In this document: positions 42,889-55,500 of the stretch, one piece after another
Layout of the letters: each line of letters starts with the position of its first letter
Numbering within the stretch: the first letter of the stretch is position 1
Assembly: GCA_002633005.1 (NCBI GenBank)
Contig: NMRA01000024.1
Location: forward strand, 893,786 to 957,785
DNA from: Phoronis australis
Lineage: Eukaryota > Animalia > Phoronida
DNA: 64,000 nucleotides
Direction of reading: 5' to 3'
The notes under the pieces: model-generated
Databases searched by the model: none
Told to the model about the DNA's origin: nothing
Seen by the model: only the letters and a program-made list of their open reading frames with translations
Made by a program: the position numbers and the translations under genes

Positions 42889-45800
42889 TTTTCTAAGACA
42901 TAGGCGTTTCGTCAGCCAGCTTGAACTGAGTTTTCACACGGCACGCATCGAGGATCAAAGTAATTTCACTGTGAAAACAATTCTAGTGCGCGTAATCTGT
43001 TGTGTGATTCATCTCGCGAATTAAATTATTAATCATGTATCGTTGTGACACACATATTCAAAATTAGTTCAATTTCACTGTAATTAACATTTCTTTTTTC
43101 AGGACTTGTAAACGTTGTTGACTACTTGAAGGCTGTCGACATTCGCAAGCTCTTTACCGACGTTTATTGGTTATTATACATGAACGATCCCATCGATAGT
43201 CACCTGCAGTTCTCGGATAACGCTGCGTGTTTGTCTCAAGTTGCTAATAGGGATTACACCTACATTTTGCTGTTCAGCACTTGTGATATAAAATCTGTGC
43301 AATGTATTGATTATAGTTTTATCATACGACTTAGGGTGTTCATCACCCGCAACTGAACTTTTACATTGTCTCTTGTTTAGTTGGTTTTCTGTCTGTTGGT
43401 CTTATTTGCAAAGTAATTTTTTTTTAAATGAAGTCACATTGATGTATTTCGAATTTAGAAAAATTGACAGGGAGCGAAAAACAAAACAATCGAACGAAAA
43501 GTATAGTGAGATAAAATTTGAATGTGTTTTATGGTATCAATATATTATATTAGTTTATTGGTTGAGACCACTAATCCGCCCATTCTGTCCGTCCATATTT
43601 GCACAATATGTAACCGTTATAAAAGTCATGAATAAATGGAACTTTATTTTATTTACTTCAAACGTTGTTTGTCTTGATATAATACAGCATTATCGTATAG
43701 TGAGTGCTACCTCTGAAATTAAGTTACACATTGGGAAACAACAGGTGCCACCCCTTTGAAATCTTGTCAGCAATGTTTAAAAAATATAAAGGGAAACATT
43801 CATTCAACTTTCTACAATCTTAGATGTGAGGAGCAGAGCAGGGCAGAGATTTGGCGCTCGGACCCACCCCGTCATGAAGTTGAGGGGCGGACGTCCCGGC
43901 TTAAGAGATCGAGATATTAGCGTGTTAATCGCTTTGAAGATGCAGATCGTCATTTTCTTATTCTTGTCTAGAACGCCAAAGGAGTTCCTTCAACCGGCTG
44001 TCAACATTAATTCCAAACTATTTCGTGGATTTTAAACAAAAGGCGTTCTTTTTACAGTTTTGATATTAAGATATCAGCTTAACTAAACATGAAAAAACAT
44101 GCTTTTAAATTCTACCTTGCACAATACACTCAGTGTATTTCGTCATTCATTAAAATTTGGCGGATAAAATATAAACTCATTGAATTAAGCCAGTAACGTA
44201 ATGAACAGGATATTCTGTTGATGACGTCAAACCACCGTTTCTGTGTTAAATCTACTGGGACCAAATGCGTTATTTTGACTGATAAAGTGCCTTTTTATAT
44301 TTCATGACTTCGACTGTTCTTTTACTGTTTGTTTCCAGCTATGGTGATTTTTAAGTTTGGCGCCATATTAGAACGTTTATGTTCTCGATTCAATTATGCG
44401 AAATGTTACAAATTCTGTGGAATTCCAAGGTGATCAATTGTTTTGGTGTACGAGTTTTACTCGTTAGCACATTAATCTAGGACCCCTTGCCCCCCTAAAT
44501 CCACCACGGGTAAACGTAAGAAATATGACGCAAGACCCGTCAACTTTTTTGTCTTAACTGTACGCAGGAAACTATATTTCATACCGTAAGAACAGTTAAT
44601 GAAACTTGCTTTAACGAGGCTCTGAGAGAGAGTGTAATACTTATTAAAAAGCGTGCATTTTTGTCACAAACTGCTACCCGACACCAGCAATGCATTAAAT
44701 ATTTCGTTAAAAGATTGAACTGACGTAACAGTCATTAATACATAAATAATGCATCGTTATATTGTTCACTATAAATCAATTCGCCGGTCACGGTCGATAT
44801 CTCTAAAAATATAGTGGTTCCGGAGACGTACACCACAGATGTCGAAGACGTCAAAATGTGTTTCCCTGTGTGATGTTCAAGCAAATATTAGTGTGTTAGC
44901 GTGTGTCAACCACAGACCTGCCTAATGGGCATCTGTGATGTCAGCTTACACTCGCATGAACTTCATTAACGACTGGGATTTGCTGGCAGGTTAACCACGC
45001 CCTTTTCGTTACTGATCCGTAATGTGAGCTACGCAAATATGCAGGATCTAATGTTTTAAATTTTACTCTAACTCTCAGCAAGCGTGTCATTCATTGTTGG
45101 AGACTTGAAAATGCTTGAATATCTCAAAAAACAAAAGTATAGCAAATACTATCACAATCGAGAAACATATTTTCTAAAATTGAATTTGCAAAATTTTATG
45201 ACAGATGGGCTCCTACTTGTATTGGTTTGATGATGAAGATCTAAACCTGACTGGTTCCCCTTTAGCAAATGTGTGGATGAACCATGTGACAAATGTATGA
45301 ACAAACAAATAACAAAAATCTCCCGGGTATCACTCAATACTGCATGAGATCTCGCTAGAAAGTTGTTTTTGCCCAGTCACGTGGATGTAGACTCAGACCG
45401 GATCAAACAACAAAACCATATCAAAAATAAAATATAAAGACAATTTGTTAGAAATCTGTCCAGTATCAGAGCTCTTTCTGTGGATTATCCTGATAAATGA
45501 CATTCTACATTTTTTATTTGTTATTGTTCTGTGGATGACTACCACTGCCAAACACAAACTACCGTGTTCCCTTGACTTTGGGATATTTTTCTAGCTATTT
45601 ATCCGCGAACGTTACGAGAAAACAGACAATTAATTCAACAAGTAGAAAGAAATTTACTAAATGTCTGACTCGGAGGCCGCTCACAACCGATAATGCTATG
45701 TAGGAGACTCAAAATTCCAGTTTGATTGGGTAAAACATAACAACTGTTGGTAATAAATTCAATATCTGAATTATCTACCTATCGGAACTCAAAGCTCAAG

Positions 45801-46339
45801 GGCGTTCATTGACAGATTAGTTACAAAAAGTCAGTGTCGCCCCTAATATATCGAGCTACTGTTATTGTGTGGCTCTTAATCAATTTCCAAATTTTTGTTC
45901 TCCCGAATATTTCCTTTTTGTTTTGTTTTGTTTTGTTTTCACCGTTTGATGTGAGGGGAAATGACAAGATTAGGCATAAAAATACACAGCCAGTAAAGTA
46001 CTAGGCGAATATATTCACTTGTACTTACCCAAACTAAAGAACAAACCAATAACAGGACTCGAAACATAACGTCGGAGGCTGCACATGTGACCAATAGCAA
46101 GCAAGAATATATGTACTAGAAACAAGATGGACGTCAGAAGTTGAGAAGTTGTTGACTTGTTTGGGGGTAAAATCTGTCGAAAAATTTGACAGTTTCGTGA
46201 ATATACGACAACTGATCGGCAAAGAATTGTCTCCTTAGTAAACTGTTGGAATAAGCTTAGGAACAGGTTGGTTGTTTATTAATAGCTGGCAATACCTGTC
46301 GTTAGATTTCATATTTAATGAGTTTTATCGATCGTAAAT

Positions 46340-46347
46340 TGACGTCA
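46340..46347. promoter_or_regulatory. CRE palindrome 236 bp upstream of the PKD2 copy B start codon
   Basis: TGACGTCA. Confidence 0.4.
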
Positions 46348-46575
46348 GGTCGAATCGAAATCCGACGCTTTTCAACCTTCGATCGGTTGTCAGGAGACTT
46401 GGCTAGAACGGTATTGACCTCTAACAGAATCAGACAGCGTTCACTGTTCGCCAATATTTGTTAGACAGCGAGAGCCTGGCCAGACGTGGGATATCTCGTT
46501 GTTGGACATAAATCGCCATTTTTGTGTTTTAACAACAGGTTTATCATTTGGTGACTGCCGATTGAAACCTTGAAG

Positions 46576-49500
46576 ATGAGTGCAAGGAGCGAGAGGCCGA
46601 GCAGCGCTCAGTCAAAGACTGCTTGGGGAAATGAAGGCAGCAAAGTGAACGAAGGGTATGAACACATTTTTAACAGTGCTATTCGTGTTCGCAATTTTTT
46701 GTTTCACCACTTGTGCTTTAAACAGATTGCTTGTTTAGCTATTGAATGAAACCTGTTAAATGCACATACCTTTTTCAAATTGTTATTTAACATTAAACTA
46801 GCATTCTATTTCTCACACTATTTGTTGTCGTCAGTGACTTGTAATTACATTTACTGCAAATAATGGAAAACTGTGGCAAGTTATTTTATGATGTCAAACA
46901 GCGCTGTCCAGGCCAGTAATAGAGTTATAGAGTAAAGTTTTCATTATCTTTATTTCGGTGGAGAAATTTGACAAAATAGAATTTCATTGTTGGCCATACT
47001 ATGGGGAGAATTGCCATACACAGCATTTGCTCAAAGTGAGTTCTTTCGTATCATTCAGGTTTGAGAATGACGAGATGCCAAGCGCGATGGAAAGTGAGGT
47101 TTACATGGAGGGTGAGGTGCATGTGGTTGGTCAAGAGCCTGTTAAGAAAGTGGTGAAAAAGAAGAAGAGTTGTTGTCAGAAATTTTGCGGAGGAATCCGA
47201 TGTAAGTTTCAAATGTCTATGTTTAATGCTTAGTTGCAAGTTCCTAATCATACCAGTGGTATGTATATAACTTGATTTTGTTCAACTTAGAATACTTTTA
47301 GATATTTCCTCTGTGCCCCCTTCCATGGCGTTGAATTGAAATTTATATCTACTTCAATATCTCGTTATAGCTCCTTTCTTTTCACCAAAGTCCAACCAAA
47401 AAGAAGAACGGTAAAGGATTTAAAACAACTGTTCCTTGTCAAATCATTTGTCTTGTGCTAGTAGATATATTTTTGTCGGTGTTTTTTCAGCATGAGTCTG
47501 GTTTTTACACTGTAATTCAGTGCTTTAAAATAATAGTTCATTCTACATTTAAACACATCTTTTACCCAAGAAACTCTTCAAAGCAATGAAGTGATTATTA
47601 TTTCAAAAATTAGAAACAAGAATTCGGGTTGCTTCATAAAAAGTTTGCGTTTCATACAAAAAATTTTTTTAATTCCTTGTACGATTTTAAAATTTCAAAC
47701 TGTCTAGTGTTTTGCGCTTGGATTTTCCTGTGACGTCAGCGTAACCACCGACTGGTTGGCATTGTGTGACATCTAGATTGTATTGATCCCTGTATTTTTA
47801 TTCCGTTGAATTATGCATGTTTCAGGCAATGCATTACCTGGTTGGTTAGATAGATTAGCAATTTGTATTCTCCAAACATTACCTGGAGAGACAACACAAT
47901 GAATATTTAACTCTGCATTGTTTCCTCGCAATCTCCGAAGGAATTGCTGTATTGATTTCCAATCACGCAATCACGCTTATCATGCTTACGCTAAGAAATT
48001 GAAATTGTTTGACTAATCTCAAAATCATTATTGTTATTAACTTACATAATTTATTTTTCGAGCGCTTCTGTTGTTGTTTCCAAATAAAAAATCTCACCAA
48101 ATTCATATAAAATAATTATCAAAATAGCCATTTTTTATTTTTGAACGGCTTCTGTCATTGTTGTGAATGCCAGCAGTTTTTCAAAGTATTGTCTGGTGGT
48201 GGCTATGGTACAAACCTTGAACAGTTAATTGAAGCATTACTGCATTGCTACATATCTTTCGTAGCAAAAATAAAAAAGTAGAATTTTATCATCATTTGTC
48301 GGCCATATTGAATTCTAAACCAATGAAATTTCACTGTAATGTTGAAATTTGTTAATTTCTGGGGCCACTAAACGATGGGGAGATTAGAATTTGTTGAAAA
48401 AGGAATAGAAATGGTTGACCTGCTGATATTTTCATCGAACTATGCAAACAAATATTTCCTAGTCGCTTTGGTTATCAACAAAATATTTTGGAGCAAAGTA
48501 TTTTTGGCCTCTTCACTAATAATTTGTAAAAGAAATTGTAGTCTTAATGTAGTTTGTCTTGATTGTCTTCACGATTTTAAGCTTAACTACAAAACAGCTG
48601 GATAACTTTCACAATATTTCAATGTTTTTTTTTTGAAATCTAGGTGTTTTAGTTTTACTGAAAACATTTTGAAAAAGTCTTTTCAAGCACTGACATTTTT
48701 TTTCTGAGTTGCTGAAAAAAACTTCAACTCTAGTAATTTATTTTTTATAAAGGATACATAGTTTTGTTTCGGGTTATAAAAGATCACATAAAACCAACTG
48801 CATTGGGGTGGTGCCTATTTAATGGTGATATTTGCAAGTCCTGGGAATTATTTGTTTGAAATACGTATAAAAACAGTATTGTTAATTTTTTCTCCCTGCG
48901 TTATTTATTGATGTTATTTATATTCATATTGACAAGGCTGTACTTCGGGAGCAAGTTTTCGGTTATACAGAATTTGTAAAATGCACGACACTTTTCATTG
49001 TTCACAGTCTTTATTTTATATTGACAAGGTTGTGTATTTAGCTATATGCGTATAAATCCGTAATTTGTAACTCAATGAAAATTAATTTTTTGTATTTAAT
49101 TTCTGAAAGTAGAAAGCCTGTAGAATCTGATTTTTGACTTTTTACCTATCGGTAATTAATTCTGCCACGTTACCATGTATTTTTAGTAAAATTTAGCAAA
49201 ATAGGAAAGTGTGTTGATAGCAAAGCAACAACGTCCATAACTTGACCAAATTTCGTGTAGGGTAAATGTCCAAGTAGACATCTCAAAAATTCTGTTTCAA
49301 TGTTCTTAAGTATCATTTTGCTTTCATTAGATACAACTTGGTTTTTTATGATAATCGTAAAAATTATGAGCATTTTTGAAAGCCCCTCATGCATTAGTGA
49401 AACTTTTTAAAAACAATTAACATATTAGAGAACAGTATCTCAAAGTTTCATAGATATCATGTTCTGAAGTTTGCCAAATTTGGACGTTTTCCTATGTTAT

Positions 49501-52500
49501 CTTAAAACAAGAAATATGGATAATTTTCGTTTGCTCTGTAAAATCTTTCAAGTGATAAAACTCCCTCTTCAATTATCTATGGCAATCCGCTAGGTGAGAA
49601 TATAAGAGGTCATTTTTGTTTAAGGCATATTGGCTACCAAGGAAAATAACTTTTTAATTAAAAATTGTAGACCCAGAAAACAATATTTGTTTGGTATCTT
49701 TGATTATCACAATCTTACATGCGGATGTTCCTAATCATGTTTTTTGTTTTAATAAATTTGGGTTGCTATAATTTTCACAAACATGTATTTCTTTGCGTGA
49801 AACCTGCAAATTCTGTTTTTTTTTGTTCTATTAACTACAAAAGCAGGCCAACTAGCCCAAGAATTCGGCTGTCAAAAATGAATTTTACGGCTATTAACAC
49901 AGAAAAAAAAATATTTAAGAAATTTGATCATTGGTAACATAGGTATCCTGTTCTCTTAACATATTTTTATTCTTTTAATGGACAATTCATGTCTCTCATT
50001 TCCATAATATGCAATCACTGGACCGTAACATGTTTAAGACTCAGTTGACGCAGTGTTAGCAAAACCAGCAAAGAGGAGTCGTGTTTACAACATGGTGCTT
50101 TTAATGTTAGAATTGGGGCAATCAATGAATTTCATTTGTTACCACGTTCTTCCCTGGAACACAAAGTACATTTTGTGACATAAACTGATGCTCCTTATTT
50201 ATTATAAAAATATGAATTAAATTATTCCCCGTTGTCTCGTAACTTGGAGCGAATGGCATAGAATTCATGACTTGAGGTCTAAAACACAATCGCTGTTGCA
50301 CAGGTAGACCACAAGTTGCGAAATTTCCTGGAAAATTTATTAGTTTCCTTATTTCCTGGTTTCCACGATTGACTCGCTGTAGCTTCACTTCCATCGATAT
50401 GTATTGCAAATGACCCAATTGTTGATGTTCAAATAACGTGACTTCTTGCAGCTCTGTGGGGCACCCGCTTAATGGCTGACATGGATGACCAGGAAGTGAA
50501 AGTGAAGACGACGCTTCGGGAACTCGCTGTATACGTGCTTTTCCTCCTTGTCCTTTGTGTCAGTAAGTGATCACCACTCCCCCTATGGGTAGACCTTCCG
50601 CTGCCCTGCCACATCTTTCTGAACTCCTTAAGGAAACGTCCTGAGGACCATTGCACAAAACAATCTAGATAGTGCAACACATTCTGTTTTTTCCCATTTT
50701 TTAGAGAACTGCTGTTGTGATCAGGTGCTAAAGATTATTGGTTTGAATCACACCCGACCAGTTCGGAAGAGCCTCTTGAAAGAGAGTTAAGGTTTTTTGC
50801 TTTATAACTTGTACAAGGTGCGGTAATTTGCATATGCTTAGAAAAATTTTATTGCTATAACCCAGTGTTATGTATCTCTTGTAGTTGTGTGAATCGCACA
50901 GCACAATTTTGATGAATTATATAATTTAAGGCAATTTGTGTTGAAAATTTTTTAGATTATCATTGAAGTGAGCAAATTACTGTACTGGTCAGAGTTTTAT
51001 CTCTGCTGAAATTGTGAAACTCTAACTTGGCAGCAGTTGCAATGGCCAATGTGGTCAACAATGATAAAAAGGGAGTACCACTACATCATCATTTTCATTG
51101 ATTGTTTCCATGGTTACTGATGCTTCATGTCTGTTCCAGTCACCCTTGGCATGGCTAGCTCCACACAGTATTACTACACCAAGGTTTTGCAGGACCTCTT
51201 CTTGGACAGCCAGTACGCCGACACCAAGAACACGTTCCGTGGCTCGACCACCATCGAGGACTTCTGGCGGGTGAGATTTTCTGGGTTGTCACGGGATTTA
51301 AGTGATGTAATACAAGGTCCTGCAATTACGAGCCACAGCACTTGTGGTAGCATTCAAACCGTGCATGTTCATTTTGGTGTGTCTCTTATATTTTCTGCTG
51401 ACAATGTAAATTTAACTGCTGACAAAGTAAATTTAACTGTTCGGAAATAAAAGGTTCCTGTGAAACTTGTATTCGGGGTTGGCCAGTTTTAAAATTTTCC
51501 TGCAGTCACTGATGGCTGTTTTCGTCCAGTCTATGTCATATTTGTTCAACGTTGTTTTTCATTTTAACTCTAAAAGTGGTGTTAATCAGACGTGTAAGTC
51601 AAACCTTTGCTCATTTTTGACATACTTCCATGCTGTCTGATTACTTTTTATCACGCATTCCAACTCTTCGATATTAACTTGTTGGATCTCATTTACCGTC
51701 ATAAAATCTCTAGGTTTAGTTGGTTCTACTACTGCACGTGTTGTCAACCTGTCCAACCACTCATGGTTTGTATATATTTTCTCGATAATCACAAAATATT
51801 AAGACCAGGCGTTTATAGTCGAGTGCCTAATAAGTTTGTGCAAAACTTTTTGAATTTACTGGAAATGACTGTATGAAAACAAAAATGCTTAATCACTATG
51901 GCCTCTGTTGTTGATATTCCTACTGAAATCAACCCTTGAATAATTGCAGTTTGTGGAAGGTCCACTGATGGATGGCCTGTACTGGGACAAGTGGTACAAT
52001 CAGCAGAATGTAACGGATGATGACCGGATGATCTACTACGAGAACAAGCTTCTAGGTGTGCCCCGCCTACGTCAGCTCAAGGTTCATAACACCAGCTGCA
52101 CAGTTCATACCGACTTCGAGAAAGAAATCCTTCAATGTTTCGCCGCTTACGCTGAGGCTGTCGAAGAGAAGGAACCCTTTGGCAAGTTGAATGGGACGGC
52201 GTAAGTCTTCTTTATGTGCATTATCAGTGTAATTTTTCTGGGTTTTTTGCTATTAATGTGTGATATCTTTAGTAAATGCTGTGACACAATATTAGAAGAA
52301 TGGGGATTGTTAAATTTTCTATATGGATTTCCTTTCAAGTATTTTTTGTATTCCTTCATCATGGTTGTGCATTTGACTTGGAAATTTTATATGTACTGGC
52401 ATTTTTCCTTTGTAAACTAAATAACAAAACACAGGATATTGCAAACAATTCTTTTTGGCCTAAATATCCATTTTGTCCACTGAACCAAATCCTCTATAAC

Positions 52501-55500
52501 ATAACATTGCCGAAGTTCATTGATGCCATTCATCAACCTTAGAGAAGCATTCGATCGCATGGATTACGACGTCTGCTTTCTCCACAGGTGGGAGTACACT
52601 CCAGAGAAAGACCTTGAGAGTGGCAGCCACTGGGGCTACATCACCACATACGGCGGTGGTGGTTATTACCAGGACCTGGCTGCCAACAAGTCTGGCAGTG
52701 TGGAGATCATTCAGGAGCTGAAGAAGAACCTCTGGATCGACCGTGGAACGCGTGTCGTCTTCGTTGATTTCACCGTCTACAACGCCAACATTAACCTGTT
52801 CTGCCAAGTGAAGTAAGTGGGCCAGTTTTTTAATCTGGTGTTTTTGCATGTACAGTCACAGTTTGTAGTTGATGGGCCATATATTTAGGCCAATGTGCCC
52901 AGATTTTAAATAACACATTTTTGAAAGAATATGTTAGTCAAATGCATGTACTTAGTTTAAGTTATAAATGCATACTGCCATCCTTTGTATAAGTTTATGT
53001 CTGTGTGTTTGTGTCCATTTTTCCAGTGTTATTGAATTTAATGCACCGTTTTGTATTGAGTTAGCCAAGTTTCATTCGCATAACATTTAAGACATTTGGT
53101 GCTCAGGGTTTCAGTTTTTGATGCACCTGGCTAATTTTAGATATTTGTGTAGTTTCACATGTTGGCACGTGGACCCAAGTACCTCCACATGCACCAACAG
53201 ATGGAACGCTGAGTAAACTGAAAACCAATTTATTTAATTGTGTTGTATCTCTCCCATTTGTCAATCATTAGCTTTGTAACTGATGCATTCTTTTGTTCTA
53301 CCCACAGGCTGTTGTTTGAGATGCCACCCACAGGTGGTGTGATCACCTCTTGGGTATTCCGTACCGTCAAACTGCTTCGCTATGTCTCTATCATGGATTA
53401 CATCGTGCTCGGCTGCGAGGGCCTGTTTATTCTCTTCATCCTTTACTACTCCATTGAGGAGATTCTTGAGGTAGGGCTTCTAGGCCAATAGGAAGCATTC
53501 TACATACAAGTCTGTAGGCTTATTAGCCAATAGGAAACATTCCACATACAACTTTGTAGGCTTATTAGCCAATAGGAACCATTCTACATACAACTCTGCG
53601 GGCGTATTAGCCAATAGGAAGCATTCTGTATACAAATATGTAGTGTTGGGAAAGAACAGATGAAGCCTATCTTGCTTGACCATAAGGTGGATAAGCGGAT
53701 TCTATAAGAATTTCCCTCCAATGATAATTATTACCAGTTATTTTGCTGTCAAATGAATTAGCTCTCCTGATGGACACCAGTGTTTTGTCTTGCATTGGTC
53801 TTGTACAGTAGTTGGGCTTGTCTGCTGTGGCGTAAAGTGGGTCAATCTTTGGTTTATAGTACTATTTTGGTTATATCCCTATTGTAAATGAAGGTATGTT
53901 CATTGCATTCATTTGGCAATCAAGTAAAGATTAAGCTTGTATACCTCAAAGTCCGCGTTATTGTACATACAAGGAAATGATTAGTTGTTGCGTTGGGACA
54001 GACGATGTTGTATTACCATACATAGTAACTCTTTCTCACTCTGTCCCTGTGGTTGTCTACAGATCAAGATGCACAAGAAGGCGTACTTTACCAGCCTCGG
54101 CAACATCATGGACATTCTTATCATCTTTGCCTCCATCGTGGCCATGATCTTCAACGTCTACCGTTACACGGCCGTCGACTCCATGCTGGACAAACTGCTG
54201 CAGGAGCCCTACAGCTTCCCAGACTTTGAATTCCTTGCCTTCTGGCAGGAGAACTTCAATGTGGGGGTCGCCATTACACTCTTCTTTGCCTGGCTGAAGG
54301 TGGGTGTGGCTAATGGAGGGTGTGGCTAATGGAGGGTGTGGCTAATTGAGGGTGTGGCAAATTGAGGGTGTGGATAGTTGCAGGTGTGGCTTATTTAGGG
54401 TATGGGTAATTGTGGGCGAAGCTAATTCTGAACAAACCTTACTTTCAAATAGACATTTTAGCGTACCCCTTAAGTGAATTCGCACACACGCACACTTTTG
54501 AAGCCCCAAAAATCGGCAATTTCAAACCGATACAAAACATGCATGAGTTGGTTGAACGTAACACAGAGCTCCACTCCACATATACTACATAGTCTACATA
54601 GTAAAATAGCAGTGCCAACTTTCCATATTTTGAAACTTGAATTATTTCGTCTGACAAACAAAAAATCCAAACCTAACAGGACACTCCATTGAAATACATA
54701 ACATATGTGTTGCAGTACAATAGTCACGCAGCTTGTGATTGTGCCTTGTGTGGACGCAATGTCACTTCAAAAGTGGGTTTTGACTGAACGGAACTGGGAA
54801 GATACCGCCCATGGGTTTTTAAGCTCTATGTTTGAAGATTGTGTTCTTGCGACACCATCCTCATGCCATGCTAAAAAAGCAAAATCAAGTTTTTATCTGT
54901 TCCCAACTACTTTGAAATCTATGCCTCAGTTAAAAAATACCCATGACTTCATTTTTGGCGTTTTTATGTTCAAAAGCTACCCAAATGTATCTATTATAAA
55001 GCATTTCTTAGCGAATTTTCCTTGGCAACTCCGTGGCAATCGCTCTTTCACGCGATTTTGACTCGTGCAGCCTCATCATCACCCAATACTCACCATCTTA
55101 TATAACCTCCTGCGACAGGTGTTCAAGTACATCAGTTTCAACAAGACCATGCGTCAACTGTCCACCACCCTGCGCCTCTGTGGTAAGGACGTGGTCGGCT
55201 TCCTCATCATGTTCCTCATCATCCTCTTCGCCTTCACTCAGCTCGCCTACCTGATCTTCGGCACCCAAGTGAAGGACTTCAGCTCGCTCAAGGACTCCCT
55301 GTGAGTGGTCACCACTGACTGCTAGTGTCTTGTCTGTGGTGGTGAAATTTTGCATCTCATTATTTAACCTTAATATGTCGTAATTGTTTTTTTTTGTTTT
55401 AACTCCTAAGTGTAAACCGACGTATTTATATTATTTAAAAGTTCGTATGTTTCTTTTTTACTTCAAATGTTATCAGTGGAAACCGGGGACCTGCTTCACT

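Noticed and set aside
46023-46222. Antisense first exon from a bidirectional PKD2-B promoter (minus-strand G|GTAAGT at ~46028)
   Set aside because: A single donor hexamer is common by chance and no downstream exon was identified.
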